From NCBI GenBank assembly GCA_009780885.1, contig WQZF01000022.1, positions 1-34,320 on the forward strand: a stretch of 34,320 nucleotides of DNA, read 5' to 3'. How positions within the stretch are numbered: the first letter of the stretch is position 1; each line of letters starts with the position of its first letter. The stretch is from Betaproteobacteria bacterium. GTDB taxonomy: Bacteria > Pseudomonadota > Gammaproteobacteria > Burkholderiales > Rhodocyclaceae. This document shows positions 17,092-27,550 of this stretch, in pieces. Below the pieces are notes generated by a model. The model made no database searches and was not told the DNA's origin. It saw only the letters and a list, made by a program, of their open reading frames with translations. Both the position numbers and the translations under genes were made by a program.

Positions 17092-17294
17092 GCGACAGCG
17101 TCCTCGATATCCTGCTCGGTGATTCCAAGTTCCTCCAGTTTCTGCCTGACGGCTTGCGCCTGCTGTACCCGCACCGGGGTAAGGACGATACGCCCTCTTT
17201 CGACGGTGACATCGAAATATTCGGCAGCCTCGACCTCCGAGACGGTCGCCTTGGGCAGAGTGATCTGATTCTTGGATGTAAGCTTGGCGAGCAT
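17076..17294 (-). CDS. vapB: AbrB/MazE/SpoVT-family antitoxin (VapB-like)
   Basis: 72 aa (MLAKLTSKNQITLPKATVSEV…). Translationally coupled to the PIN gene. Confidence 0.8.
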   Translation of the reverse strand: MLAKLTSKNQITLPKATVSEVEAAEYFDVTVERGRIVLTPVRVQQAQAVRQKLEELGITEQDIEDAVAWARK

Positions 17295-17468
17295 GAGGCG
17301 TTCTCCAGTATTGGCATCATCAAATCTTACTTCCTTACTTTCTGAATTTCAAGAAAGATCCGCCGTGTTTACGAGTGAAGGCCGTAGGAGGTGAGGCGGG
17401 CCGCTCTTCCGGGCGCATCCAGAGAAAGGGTTGTGTTGGCGGGGTCGTGATAGCGCAGGCATCGCTGT

Positions 17469-17717
17469 TCAGCCCGTCACATGCTTCGCAACCCACTCCT
17501 TCATCACCTCGTTGACGCGCGTCTGCCAGCCCCGACCGGTCGATTTCAAGGCCGCGAGCACTTCCGGGTCGAAGCGGATGGCGGTTTGCACCTTGCGGTT
17601 TTCCTTGACGCTGCCCACGGGACGCCCGCGCCGCCTTGCGAGGATATCCTCCGGGGTCGTGACACGCGCGTACTCCCCGTTCATTTCCGGATCTGGATGG
17701 GGGGTGAGTTCAGACAT
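17469..17717 (-). CDS. brnA: BrnA-family antitoxin (CopG/RHH-like), orphan; no brnT present
   Basis: 82 aa with the BrnA-type C-terminus (…IRFDPEVLAALKSTGRGWQTRVNEVMKEWV…). The brnT position upstream of its start is occupied by an AT-rich sequence and a gene on the opposite strand. Confidence 0.7.
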   Translation of the reverse strand: MSELTPHPDPEMNGEYARVTTPEDILARRRGRPVGSVKENRKVQTAIRFDPEVLAALKSTGRGWQTRVNEVMKEWVAKHVTG

Positions 17718-17877
17718 CGTATTTTCCCTTCAATTTGCGCAGCCCGTTTTTATGCGGGATCGCGAGTTTAATTGTAGAACCAAATAATTATTTTACCAAC
17801 AGATCCCTTGAGCACTTCCTGGGCACGATTTATCCTGCAAGGGCCGGTCCAAGGATGTTCTATATTTTTAACATAAA

Positions 17878-19380
17878 TTGGGTGATGACATGCAGCCAAA
17901 GCTTGGGGATGTATATTGTGTTTTTTCGAGGAGGATGCAGAAATATATTGCCTATCAGATAACAAAGTTGCTTATTGACAATGATCGAGCCATATTGCTT
18001 TTGCTTGACTGGTCTGGCGATGAATTGCCGAAAGAAAATGAAATCCATTCCATGCGGCCATTATTCATGGATTTCAACCCTCTTTTTGGAAAAAGACTGT
18101 GCATATACGATGTAAAACCGAAAGTGCCGAGGAATTATATTCTTGCAGGAAACATCCCTCCGCTGAGCGATGAGTATACCCAATTCTCCAATTTAACGTG
18201 GGAATACGATGACGATATATATCACCAGCTAAAATGGATGGAAATACCCGAGGAAAAACGAAATGCGTTTGAATCTGCCATAAAATGCGATAAAAAAATA
18301 ATGTTATCCGGACAGGAAGTTCCAGCCGCTTCCTTCAGAATTGAGGACTCCGGTCTCGACTTCAAAAGCGCGATGGAACTCGGCGCGCTGCCCTGTCTTT
18401 CAATTCTGCACTGCGAACGATGGCATGACGATTTATGTGAATATGTACGGTCAAATCCTTTTTTACGGATTCTTGATTTGCGCAATCACGGACACAAAAG
18501 CCTTGATTTCCGGGGAAGTCGCCTTGAAAGATTATCCATTCAAATGGATACGGTAGAAGAGATTTATCTCAATGATGAGATGGAAAAATTGTCCTTGACC
18601 AGAAATATCGACCACGCCTTTGTTGTCCATGCAAAGGATGGCGGAAAACGGCTTTTACTTCAGAGCGACATGTTTGTTGCAGAATGCGGGTTGCCGAATT
18701 TGGGCGGCTTGCATTGCTCCGGGTTGGGCGAGTTTGACATGTCGAAGGTTGTGGCGGCCTATCCGGAGCTTTGGGAGCTTCGGCTTTGGGGCAAGCCGGG
18801 ATATATCCGGAATTTCAGGGATGTAAGTCTGCTGAAAAACCTGGAGAAATTTTCTACCGATAATCTGTTTGGATTCACAGCCGAGGATATACCGGAACCC
18901 GATGAAATGCCGAAACTCAACTGGTTCTGGATGAGCAGTCTGCCAGAAGACGCCGCGAAGGCGGCAAGACGGCTGTATAAAAAACCCTCGGAAAACGGCC
19001 TTGATTTATGGATTGGAATGGCCAGAAAGCCTGAATGGCTCAGGGAAAACCTCGACAACCCCTTCAGGGATTGGGACGGGCAGGAGCACATTTCCACCAC
19101 AAATGCCAGGAAAGCTGCCGCGCAATACAGGAAAACGCGAAGTGAAATATTGAAACTTGTCGAGAATCATCCCGATGATCTTATGATCAAGATGGAAGGG
19201 ATCGTCAGGGATTATGCAGAAGCGTTCAATAAAATGGATAAACGGAAAAACTTTATCGAAACCGTTGAGCGCGAACAGATTTTTGAGGTATTGGATGGGT
19301 TATTGAGGTTGATCCCTGAGTCGTTTGATTTTGATAAAAATACGATGCTTGAATTGTTTGAAGGTACAAGAGATTTCTGA
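17878..19380 (+). CDS. Low-GC hypothetical 500-aa protein with a leucine-rich-repeat-like central region
   Basis: GC content and codon usage are clearly atypical for the window. LxxLxLxxN-like repeats (LRILDLRNHG…LERLSIQMD…MEKLSLTRNID…LPNLGGLHCSGL…LWELRLWGKPG…LLKNLEKFSTDNL). No catalytic domain recognised. The start may instead be at M 17890 (MQPKLG). Confidence 0.6.
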   Translation: MGDDMQPKLGDVYCVFSRRMQKYIAYQITKLLIDNDRAILLLLDWSGDELPKENEIHSMRPLFMDFNPLFGKRLCIYDVKPKVPRNYILAGNIPPLSDEYTQFSNLTWEYDDDIYHQLKWMEIPEEKRNAFESAIKCDKKIMLSGQEVPAASFRIEDSGLDFKSAMELGALPCLSILHCERWHDDLCEYVRSNPFLRILDLRNHGHKSLDFRGSRLERLSIQMDTVEEIYLNDEMEKLSLTRNIDHAFVVHAKDGGKRLLLQSDMFVAECGLPNLGGLHCSGLGEFDMSKVVAAYPELWELRLWGKPGYIRNFRDVSLLKNLEKFSTDNLFGFTAEDIPEPDEMPKLNWFWMSSLPEDAAKAARRLYKKPSENGLDLWIGMARKPEWLRENLDNPFRDWDGQEHISTTNARKAAAQYRKTRSEILKLVENHPDDLMIKMEGIVRDYAEAFNKMDKRKNFIETVEREQIFEVLDGLLRLIPESFDFDKNTMLELFEGTRDF

Positions 19381-19451
19381 GGGGTTCTGAAGCAATACAA
19401 GAAAATCCGGAATCCCCCGGATTCATGGAAGAAACTGATGCACGTGATTGT

Positions 19452-21539
19452 TCACTTCTTCCGCGCGCCTCGTTGCGGTCGGGAGCTTGCGCGCCCGGGT
19501 TGTTCCGGCTGTTCCGGGCGTGTCCGATGAAAGGGTTGCGCTGCCGGGATCAGGTGTTTTTTGCTGCTGCCGATCAGGTCGGCGCGGCCCATTGCGCGTA
19601 GCGCCTCGCGCAGCAGGGGCCAGTTGGCGGGGTCGTGATAGCGCAGGAAAGCCTTGTGCAGCCTGCGCTTGCGTTCGCCGCGCGGGGTTTCGAGCTTGCT
19701 GGAGGAAAGGTCGATGCGACGCAAGGGGTTCCTGCCTGTGTGGTACATCGCGGTGGCGAGCGCCATCGGCGTCGGCAGGAAGCTTTGCACCTGGTCGGGG
19801 CGGAAGCCGTTTTTTTTGAGCCAGAGGGCGAGGTTGAGCATGTCCTCGTCGGTCGTGCCCGGATGCGCGGCGATGAAATAGGGGATCAGGTATTGTTCCT
19901 TGCCGGCGGTGCGGGAAGCCTGGTCGAACATCGTCCTGAAGCGCTCGTAGCTTTCAAGGCCGGGTTTCATCATGTGCGCGAGCGGGCCGGGTTCGGTGTG
20001 TTCGGGGGCGATCTTGAGGTAGCCGCCGACATGGTGCGTGACGAGTTCGCGCACATATTCCGGCGAGCGCGCGGCGAGGTCGTAGCGCAGGCCGGAGCCG
20101 ATCAGGATTTTCTTGATGCCCGGCAGCGCGCGGGCCTTGCGGTAGAGCTGGATCAGCGGCGCGTGTTCGGTGTCCATGCGCGGGCAGATGTCCGGGTAGA
20201 CGCAGGAAAGACGGCGGCAGACGGCTTCGATCATCGCGTCCTTGCAGCGCATCCGGTACATGTTCGCCGTCGGTCCGCCGAGGTCGGAGATGACGCCGGT
20301 AAATCCCGGCGTCTTGTCGCGGATTTCCCCGATTTCGTTGAGGATCGAGGCTTCGGAACGGCTCTGCACGATGCGCCCTTCGTGTTCGGTGATCGAGCAG
20401 AAGGTGCAGCCGCCGAAACAGCCGCGCATGATGTTGACCGAGAAGCGGATCATTTCCCAGGCCGGAATTTTCGCCGCGCCGTAGGACGGATGCGGCCGGC
20501 GCTGGTAGGGCAGGGCGTAGATGCCGTCGAGTTCCGGCGTGGAGAGCGGTTTGGGCGGCGGATTGATCCAGACTTCGCGGTTGCCGTGCGCCTGCACCAG
20601 GGCGCGGGCGTTGCCGGGATTCGATTCGAGATGCAGGATGCGCGAGGCGTGCGCGTAGAGCGCCGGGTCTTCGCGCACCGCTTCGAAGGAAGGCAGGCGC
20701 AGCGCCGTCTGGGCGCGTTGGTCCAGGTGTTTTTCGAGACGCTCCAGGCGTTTGGGGCGTTTTTCGTTCGGGCCGTGGAATTGCAGCGGTACGGCAGGAG
20801 CGGCGGGAGAGTCCGCCGTCGCGTCGAGCACAATCCATTCCGGGCCGGGCGTTTCGCCGCGCGGCAGCAGGAAGGCGGTGCCCGGAAGATCGCGGATGCT
20901 TCCAATGGCTTCGCCCGCCGCCAGGCGGTGCGCCAGCGCGACGATGGCGTGTTCGGCGTTACCGTAGATGAGCAGGTTGGCCTTGGAATCGGGCAGCACG
21001 GAACGGCGCACGGTGTCCGACCAGTAGTCGTAATGCGCGGCGCGGCGCAGGCTCGCCTCGATCGAGCCGAGCGCGATCACGGAATCCGGATACGCTTCGC
21101 GGCAGCGTTGCGCATAGACGAGCAGCGCCCGGTCGGGGCGTTTTCCGGCGATGCCGCCCGGCGTGTAGGCGTCGTCGGAACGGATCCTGCGCTCCGAGGT
21201 GTAGCGGTTGACCATCGAATCCATGTTGCCGGAAGTGACGCCATAGAAAAGATTGGGCCGCCCCAGACGCCGGAAATCTTCTGCCGAGCGCCAGTCCGGC
21301 TGGCTGATGATGCCGGTGCGAAAACCCTGCGCTTCGAGCAGCCGCCCGATCAGCGCCATGCCGAAACTCGGATGGTCGACGTAGGCGTCGCCGGTGACGA
21401 GAATGATGTCGCACGAATCCCAGCCGAGCTTTTCCATTTCCGCGCGCGACATCGGCAGGAAGGGTGCGATGCCGAAGCGCTGCGCCCAGTGTTTGCGCCA
21501 GGAGAACAGCGGCGGCTTGCCGCCGGCAGGGTTTTTCAA
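19452..21539 (-). CDS. ygiQ: YgiQ-family radical SAM protein (UPF0313)
   Basis: 695 aa. CxxxCxxC ([10 protein letters not shown]) and the conserved YgiQ N-terminus (…[23 protein letters not shown]…). Confidence 0.9.
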   Translation of the reverse strand: MKNPAGGKPPLFSWRKHWAQRFGIAPFLPMSRAEMEKLGWDSCDIILVTGDAYVDHPSFGMALIGRLLEAQGFRTGIISQPDWRSAEDFRRLGRPNLFYGVTSGNMDSMVNRYTSERRIRSDDAYTPGGIAGKRPDRALLVYAQRCREAYPDSVIALGSIEASLRRAAHYDYWSDTVRRSVLPDSKANLLIYGNAEHAIVALAHRLAAGEAIGSIRDLPGTAFLLPRGETPGPEWIVLDATADSPAAPAVPLQFHGPNEKRPKRLERLEKHLDQRAQTALRLPSFEAVREDPALYAHASRILHLESNPGNARALVQAHGNREVWINPPPKPLSTPELDGIYALPYQRRPHPSYGAAKIPAWEMIRFSVNIMRGCFGGCTFCSITEHEGRIVQSRSEASILNEIGEIRDKTPGFTGVISDLGGPTANMYRMRCKDAMIEAVCRRLSCVYPDICPRMDTEHAPLIQLYRKARALPGIKKILIGSGLRYDLAARSPEYVRELVTHHVGGYLKIAPEHTEPGPLAHMMKPGLESYERFRTMFDQASRTAGKEQYLIPYFIAAHPGTTDEDMLNLALWLKKNGFRPDQVQSFLPTPMALATAMYHTGRNPLRRIDLSSSKLETPRGERKRRLHKAFLRYHDPANWPLLREALRAMGRADLIGSSKKHLIPAAQPFHRTRPEQPEQPGRASSRPQRGARKK

Positions 21540-21555
21540 AGGGTTTTTCCAATCT

Positions 21556-21633
21556 ATTTTCTAAATTTGACTAAAGAATTCATCCAGCAGAGTCACTACA
21601 GTAGCGGAACATTATTTAAGTAATTTAGAAAAT
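21556..21633. repeat. Family C AT-rich palindromic element, copy 3
   Basis: ttctaaatttgactaaagaatt…ctacagtag…ttaagtaatttagaaaa. Confidence 0.7.
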
Positions 21634-21759
21634 TTACAGTGGCTTTCAAAAAATATCGAAGGCTTTGGAGGATCCGAAGACCGTCCGGGCATTCGCGGCG
21701 AAAGATTTCCGATCTTCAGGAAAGGGGGGATTCAGGAGGCGAGAGCCGCCTCGCGGCGA

Positions 21760-23400
21760 TCAAATACTGACAGGAGCGGCGACGCCCGGACGGATCGCAG
21801 AGCGCACCTGATTACGTCCGTTGCGCTTGGCTTCGAGCAGTGCGTTATCGGCGCCTTCGGTCAGGCCGGCGACGGTATGCGCGACATTGTAGCTGGAGAT
21901 GCCGGCACTGAAACTCGCATGCAGCATGCCTCCCTGGAAGGCGTGCGGCATGGCGGCGAAGTCGGCGCGGATGTTGTCGATGACGCGGATGGCCTGGTCC
22001 AGGTCGGCATTGGGCATCGCGCAGATGAATTCCTCTCCGCCGTAGCGCCCGATCATGTCGGTTGTCCGCAGCCGCCCCTTCAGCAGCCAGGCCAGGCCAC
22101 GGATCACCTGGTCGCCCACCGGGTGGCCATAGGTATCGTTGACCGATTTGAAATGGTCGATGTCGATCATCACGACGCAGAGTTTTCCTCCCTCCTCCGG
22201 AGGATGGGCCTCGACCAGCGCGGCGAGCCGCGACTTGGAAGCGGTGTGGTTCAGCAGCCCGGTCAGGCCGTCCATCTGCGTCCAGCGTTGCGTCTTGCGG
22301 TAGCGGTCGATGGTGGCGCGCACCGTGGCGGCCAGGACGATCGGGTTGAACGGTTTGGTGATGAACTGGTCGCCGCCCAGGCGCAAGGCTTCGACTTGCA
22401 GGCTGATGTCCGATTCCGAGGAGAGGTAGATGATCGGCAGGGACTGGAAGCGGTCCATCTGGCGCAATACCCTTGTCGCCTCGACGCCATTGAAACGAGG
22501 CATGTACATGTCCATCAGGATAAGATCCGGACAGTAGGAGGTAATCGTTTCCAGGAGCAGGCCGGGATCGGAAATCGCCATGCTGTCGACGTGATATTCG
22601 GTCAATGTACGCTCGATGAGCGTCGTCGCCAGGCGCGAATCCTCGACGATCAGCACGCGGTATTTTTCCTGCTCGCGCGTCTGCACGAGATCGAGCATGC
22701 GTCCGAGCACCATCGTCGGATGCTCGCCGGAAGGCGTCGTCATGTCGATGCCGGAGCGTATCAACTGCACGATCGGCTCGATCTCGGCCGGCACGCCGAT
22801 AAAGAAAAGCTGGCTGCTCGGGCAAAGATGGCGCATCCCGGCGATGAATTCGAGGCGATCCTTGTCGTCCGAGGGGCGGGTCGAGAAAAAGAGCACCGCC
22901 AGGGGCTGCTCGTCGGCCGCCGGAACCGATTCCCAATCCTGCCGGTAGGTGCGGAACCCGAAAAAGCGCAATTGCCGTTCCAGGCGTTCCGCCGTTTGCT
23001 TCTGCTCCTTATCGGCAATCAGCCACACCATGCGCTGTTTCACCCAGTCGGGCGTGCTGAACGCCAGGGTCTCATCCTCGGTGCGCCGCTCGTTGACCGG
23101 CGAACGCACGTTCGAGAAGGTGCCCGCCAGGGCCTCGACCTGCCGCTGCAAATCCTTGCGGTCCGCTTCCGGAATCGGGTGGGTGTTCGTATTGCCGAAC
23201 AGCAGCAAGGCGCTGTTCTCCAGCCCTTCGCACATCCGCACCAGCCCCGACAGGCGCAGATTGGAGAACTGCTCGGCCAGGCTGTTCAGTGTAACGGTGA
23301 ACTCGACGAACTGCTCGAACCGCCCGGACGCGACATAGTCATTCCAGCGCGACAACAGGACATTGACCCGCTGTTCAAGGGAGGGATGAGGCGTCGTCAT
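21760..23400 (-). CDS. Response regulator with a long N-terminal region (possible Hpt-like plus degenerate receiver), a REC domain and a GGDEF diguanylate cyclase domain
   Basis: REC (RVLIVEDSRLATTLI…DLILMDMYMP…) and an intact GGEEF motif (RYGGEEFICAM). Start taken at MTTPHPSLEQ (internal Met). Confidence 0.85.
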   Translation of the reverse strand: MTTPHPSLEQRVNVLLSRWNDYVASGRFEQFVEFTVTLNSLAEQFSNLRLSGLVRMCEGLENSALLLFGNTNTHPIPEADRKDLQRQVEALAGTFSNVRSPVNERRTEDETLAFSTPDWVKQRMVWLIADKEQKQTAERLERQLRFFGFRTYRQDWESVPAADEQPLAVLFFSTRPSDDKDRLEFIAGMRHLCPSSQLFFIGVPAEIEPIVQLIRSGIDMTTPSGEHPTMVLGRMLDLVQTREQEKYRVLIVEDSRLATTLIERTLTEYHVDSMAISDPGLLLETITSYCPDLILMDMYMPRFNGVEATRVLRQMDRFQSLPIIYLSSESDISLQVEALRLGGDQFITKPFNPIVLAATVRATIDRYRKTQRWTQMDGLTGLLNHTASKSRLAALVEAHPPEEGGKLCVVMIDIDHFKSVNDTYGHPVGDQVIRGLAWLLKGRLRTTDMIGRYGGEEFICAMPNADLDQAIRVIDNIRADFAAMPHAFQGGMLHASFSAGISSYNVAHTVAGLTEGADNALLEAKRNGRNQVRSAIRPGVAAPVSI

Positions 23401-23563
23401 CGGAGTTATCTCGGATACGAGGAACCATGCAGGAAAAACATGCAGAAAACGCGGAACCAAACAGGTTCCAGTTTAAGGATTATCGGCGAGCAATTTTGAA
23501 CCATCAACCCATTCTTGATAGTTTTCGGGATTTTTCCTCTTTCCCGCACAGAATTTTGAGTCA

Positions 23564-23680
23564 CCCCAAGCTGAAGCTTGGGGATTCCTCGACACAATGC
23601 GGGGCGCCTTCGGCGCCTGTTAGGCCATGTCTCACTGACCCCGCCATGAATGGCGGGGATTGCGCTCGACAGGTGTTCAA
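23564..23680 (+). repeat. Family B multi-hairpin repeat, copy 3
   Basis: Near-identical to copies 1 and 2. Intergenic between the GGDEF-regulator start and the apaH end. Confidence 0.8.
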
Positions 23681-23743
23681 GGTAGAACACATCCCCGGAA
23701 GAGCCTCAATAGTCGCACGAAATCGGAAAATATGCAGCCTAGT

Positions 23744-24541
23744 TCAGGATACCTGGAACAATTCCCCGTCTTCCAGCCGCACTGCCGAAAGCTCCCTTCC
23801 CCAGAAGCAGCCGGTATCCAGCGCAATGAGGCCGGGGCGCAGCAACAGGCCGAGCGCCGACCAGTGGCCGCAAACGATGGTGTGATCGGCGCTTGCGCGT
23901 CCGGCGACATCGAACCACGGCAGGAAACCCGGCGGAGCGTCTTTCGGCTCCCCCTTGGCGCGGAAATCCATTCTTCCTTCCGGGGTGCAGAAACGCAGCC
24001 GCGTCATCGCGTTGACGATGACGCGCAGGCGGTTCCAGCCGCTCAAGGCTTCGTCCCAGTCCGCCGGGTGATTCCCCGGCATATTCTCGAAAATCCTGGC
24101 GAAATCGTCGCCGGAAAGCCATGCTTCCACCTCGCGGGCCAGCGCGCGCGCCTTGAAGACATCCCATTGCGGCAGCAGGCCGGCGTGGACGAGGCAGTAT
24201 TTTCCTTCCACATGGCACAGCGGCTGACGGCGCAGCCAGTCGAGCAGTTCGTCGCGGTCGGGGGCGTTCAGTACCGCCTCCAGCGTTTCGTCCGCGCCGA
24301 TCCTGCCGACAGCGCCGGAGGCGCGCATCAGGAGATAGAGGTCGTGGTTGCCAAGCACGGTCAGCGCGGCAGCGCCAAGCGATTTGACATGGCGCAGGGT
24401 TTCCAGCGAGTGCGGCCCCCGGTTGACGAGGTCGCCGACGAGCCAGAGCCGGTCGCGCGCCGGGTCGAAGCGAACCCGGTCAAGCAGGCGGCGGAAGGGA
24501 TCGTAACAGCCCTGAATATCGCCAATGGCGTAGGTCAACAT
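23744..24541 (-). CDS. apaH: Bis(5'-nucleosyl)-tetraphosphatase, symmetrical (ApaH)
   Basis: [14 protein letters not shown]…[10 protein letters not shown]…GNHD metallophosphatase motifs typical of ApaH. 265 aa. Confidence 0.9.
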   Translation of the reverse strand: MLTYAIGDIQGCYDPFRRLLDRVRFDPARDRLWLVGDLVNRGPHSLETLRHVKSLGAAALTVLGNHDLYLLMRASGAVGRIGADETLEAVLNAPDRDELLDWLRRQPLCHVEGKYCLVHAGLLPQWDVFKARALAREVEAWLSGDDFARIFENMPGNHPADWDEALSGWNRLRVIVNAMTRLRFCTPEGRMDFRAKGEPKDAPPGFLPWFDVAGRASADHTIVCGHWSALGLLLRPGLIALDTGCFWGRELSAVRLEDGELFQVS

Positions 24542-24547
24542 GGATTA

Positions 24548-24618
24548 TTCTAAATTAAAGTGAAATTAACAATGGCTGCTGTAGTGAAATTTAAGAAGAA
24601 ATTAATATTTTGAAATTG
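24548..24618. repeat. Family C AT-rich palindromic element, copy 4 (divergent centre ctgctgtag)
   Basis: ttctaaattaaagtgaaattaa…ctgctgtag…aaatttaagaa…tttgaaatt. Confidence 0.6.
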
Positions 24619-24661
24619 GAAAGTCTGTGTCCGGCGGCATTCCCGTGCGACACCTTCCCTT

Positions 24662-26905
24662 TCACAGCGGCGTCAGTTTCGCGTATTCCAGCGCCAGCCA
24701 TTTTGTCCCGGCACGGCTGCCGAAATTGACCTGGACGCGGGATTCTGTCCCGCTGCCCTCGGCGGCGACGATGACGCCCTGGCCGAATTTCGGGTGCGAT
24801 ACGTTTTGTCCGATGCGCAAGCCCTGGGGCAGGGCGCCGGTGGCGTTTCCTTCCCGTCCTTTGGCGCTGGGGCGGAATGTTTCTTCCCGGTCCGGGCGCG
24901 GTTTCAGGGAAATCGTGTTGAGCGTGGAGAGCAGCGCGGCGGGAATTTCCTCGATGAAAAGCGAAGGCAGGTTGTAGCGCGTCTGGCCGTGCAGGAGGCG
25001 CGTCTGCGCCCAGGAGAGGTAAAGCCTTCGGCGCGCGCGGGTCATCGCCACGTACATGAGGCGGCGTTCCTCTTCCAGCCCGTCGCGTTCGGTGACGCTG
25101 TTTTCATGCGGGAATAATCCCTGTTCGAGTCCGGTGACGAAAACGGCGTCGAATTCGAGGCCCTTGGCGGCATGGACGGTCATCAGTTGCAGGGCGGCCT
25201 GCCCTTCGCCGGCCTGATGATCCCCGGCTTCCAGCGCGGCATGGGTCAGGAATTGGGTGAGCGCGGAAATTCCGGATGTTTCGGCCGCCGCTTGCGCCTC
25301 GTCCTCGATCCACCCCGATTCGGAAACGAAATTGCTGGCGGCGTTTTCCAGTTCGTCCAGGTTCTCCAGCCGTTCCTGGCCTTCCTTTTCCGCCAGGTAG
25401 TGCGCGCGCAATCCGCTGGCGGCAAGGACATGGGCGACGATCTGCGGCAACGGAAGATTCTGCGTCTGTTTGCGCATTTCCTCGATCATCCGCACAAAAG
25501 CGGCAAGGCTGGCGGCGGAGCGTCCGCCTCCCCTGCCTTCGCCCGCAGCGGCGTTGTAAAGACTGGAATGGGTCTGCGCCGCGCCCGCCTGCAGGTTTTC
25601 CACCGTGCGCATTCCGATTCCGCGCGTGGGAAAGTTGACGATGCGCAGAAAGGCGGTGTCGTCGTCGGGGTTGGTCAGCAGGCGCAAATACGCCAGCGCG
25701 TGCTTGATTTCCTGCCGCTCGAAAAAACGCAGGCCGCCATAGACGCGGTAGGGAATCCCGGCGCTGAACAACTGGTGTTCGAGAATGCGCGACTGGGCAT
25801 TGGAACGGTACAGCAAGGCGATCTGATCCGGGGCGAGGGGCGCTTCCCCTTCTTCCGGGCCGCCGTTCATCAGCATCTGCGCTTCCTCGACGATCATCCG
25901 CGCCTCGTCGGCATCGGAAAAGGCTTCGATCACCCGCACTGGCTCGCCAGCGCCGGTATCGGTCCATAAATTCTTGCCCAGGCGGTCGCGGTTGTTCTTG
26001 ATGATGGCATTGGCCGCGTCGAGGATATTGCCGTGCGAACGGTAATTCTGTTCGAGCCGGATCACGTTTTCGACGCGGAATTCGCGCTCGAAATCGCGCA
26101 TGTTCCCGACTTTCGCGCCACGGAAGGCGTAGATCGACTGGTCGTCGTCGCCGACGGCGAAGAGCTTCGCGCCGCCGGCATCGGCGCCGTTTTCCGGCGC
26201 TGCGGCGAGCAGTTTCAGCCAGCGGTATTGCAGGAGGTTCGTGTCCTGGAATTCGTCGACCAGGATGTGGCGGAAACGTTCGCGGTAATGACGCCGCAAG
26301 GGCTCGTTGCGGGAGAGCAATTCATAGCTGGAGAGCAACAGCTCGGCAAAATCGGCGACGCCCTCGCGCCGGCATTGGGCTTCGTATTCGGCGTAGAGCG
26401 CCACCCGGCGGCGGGTGTGGTCGTCGAAGGCTTCCGCCTGCGCGGCGCGAATTCCCTCTTCCTTGTGCGCATTGATGAAATAGCACAACTCGCGCGGCGG
26501 GAATCGCTCGCTGTCGATATTGAGATTCTTCAGCAGGCGCTTCACCGCCGCCAGTTGGTCGGCGGCGTCGAGAATCTGGAATTGCGCCGGCAACCCGGCC
26601 TCGCGGTGATGCGCGCGCAACAGGCGGTTGCAAAGGCCGTGAAAGGTGCCGATCCACATGCTGCGCGTGTTGACCGGCACCAGCGTGGCAAGGCGTGCCT
26701 GCATTTCCTTCGCGGCCTTGTTGGTGAAGGTGACGGCGAGGACATTGTGCGGACTGCACTGGCCGGTGGCGATGAGCCAGGCGATGCGGGTAATCAGCAC
26801 GCGGGTCTTGCCGCTGCCGGCGCCAGCGAGCACCAGCGCATGAACAGCGGGCAGCGTTACCGCAGCACGTTGCGGATCGTTGAGGCGGGAAAGAAAATCG
26901 GACAT
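24662..26905 (-). CDS. uvrD: DNA helicase II UvrD (SF1 UvrD/Rep family)
   Basis: Walker A (AGAGSGKT), helicase motifs I-VI and a C-terminal UvrD-type tail. 747 aa. Confidence 0.9.
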   Translation of the reverse strand: MSDFLSRLNDPQRAAVTLPAVHALVLAGAGSGKTRVLITRIAWLIATGQCSPHNVLAVTFTNKAAKEMQARLATLVPVNTRSMWIGTFHGLCNRLLRAHHREAGLPAQFQILDAADQLAAVKRLLKNLNIDSERFPPRELCYFINAHKEEGIRAAQAEAFDDHTRRRVALYAEYEAQCRREGVADFAELLLSSYELLSRNEPLRRHYRERFRHILVDEFQDTNLLQYRWLKLLAAAPENGADAGGAKLFAVGDDDQSIYAFRGAKVGNMRDFEREFRVENVIRLEQNYRSHGNILDAANAIIKNNRDRLGKNLWTDTGAGEPVRVIEAFSDADEARMIVEEAQMLMNGGPEEGEAPLAPDQIALLYRSNAQSRILEHQLFSAGIPYRVYGGLRFFERQEIKHALAYLRLLTNPDDDTAFLRIVNFPTRGIGMRTVENLQAGAAQTHSSLYNAAAGEGRGGGRSAASLAAFVRMIEEMRKQTQNLPLPQIVAHVLAASGLRAHYLAEKEGQERLENLDELENAASNFVSESGWIEDEAQAAAETSGISALTQFLTHAALEAGDHQAGEGQAALQLMTVHAAKGLEFDAVFVTGLEQGLFPHENSVTERDGLEEERRLMYVAMTRARRRLYLSWAQTRLLHGQTRYNLPSLFIEEIPAALLSTLNTISLKPRPDREETFRPSAKGREGNATGALPQGLRIGQNVSHPKFGQGVIVAAEGSGTESRVQVNFGSRAGTKWLALEYAKLTPL

Positions 26906-27122
26906 GGGCGCGAATCGGGAACAGGAAAATCAATGGGAACAAACTGCGCCGGAAAGCGGGAAGCCGATTATACGGCCCCGGTCGGAACAGGCGGCGCCGG
27001 AAAGGAATCGCTTCGCCTAAACGGAGAGCTTGATGCAACGCACAATTACAAAAACGTGATATTTATCAAATTTCAAGGGTTCAAAAGCAAAAAAAAAAGG
27101 AATACAATGCTGCACTGCAACA

Positions 27123-27154
27123 TGTAATTGTCGTGACCCGTAATTGTCGTAACC
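27123..27154 (+). promoter_or_regulatory. Tandem 16-bp direct repeat gtaattgtcgtgaccc / gtaattgtcgtaaccc upstream of the 27215 gene
   Basis: Read directly, 60-90 nt upstream of the start codon. Possible operator or iteron-like site. Confidence 0.35.
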
Positions 27155-27214
27155 CGTATCATCCGCCGCGAGCATTTCGCGGCTGCATTGAGAAGTATTT
27201 GAAAGGAGAAGTCA

Positions 27215-27550
27215 ATGAACACACCGAAATTGCTGCCCTGGATTGCCAAGCGTGCCGGAATCGACGAGGAACTGGCCCTGAAACTGTGGCGTCGCGCCGC
27301 TGGCGAAAGCGAAGGACTGGCCGGCTGCGCGGACAGTTCCGATTACTACAATCTGGCCATGGAGCGCTTTCTCGCTCTGGTGGAAAAGGAATCCGGAGTC
27401 CCCTCGCACAACGACGAAAAACGTCTTTCCTGGATGTGGCGCCACAACGACCGCATCACCAAAATGGGGTTCATCGCCACCGAGAACAGCTACCGCCTGT
27501 GGCGGCAACATTGGGGCCAGTTCTTCAACACGAACCGGGAAGCCGCCTGA
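27215..27550 (+). CDS. Hypothetical protein (111 aa)
   Basis: Clean ORF with RBS gaaaggagaag 6 nt upstream. No recognisable domain. Confidence 0.5.
   Translation: MNTPKLLPWIAKRAGIDEELALKLWRRAAGESEGLAGCADSSDYYNLAMERFLALVEKESGVPSHNDEKRLSWMWRHNDRITKMGFIATENSYRLWRQHWGQFFNTNREAA

Noticed and set aside
19635-21623. 662-aa ORF antisense to ygiQ, plus the 19954-20838 and 20959-21552 ORFs
   Set aside because: Same antisense artefact pattern. The YgiQ radical-SAM motifs are on the minus strand.
26905-27130. LexA/SOS box upstream of uvrD
   Set aside because: Looked for CTGT-N8-ACAG-type palindromes in the uvrD upstream region. Only partial half-sites were found (acagg…aactg), so none is called.
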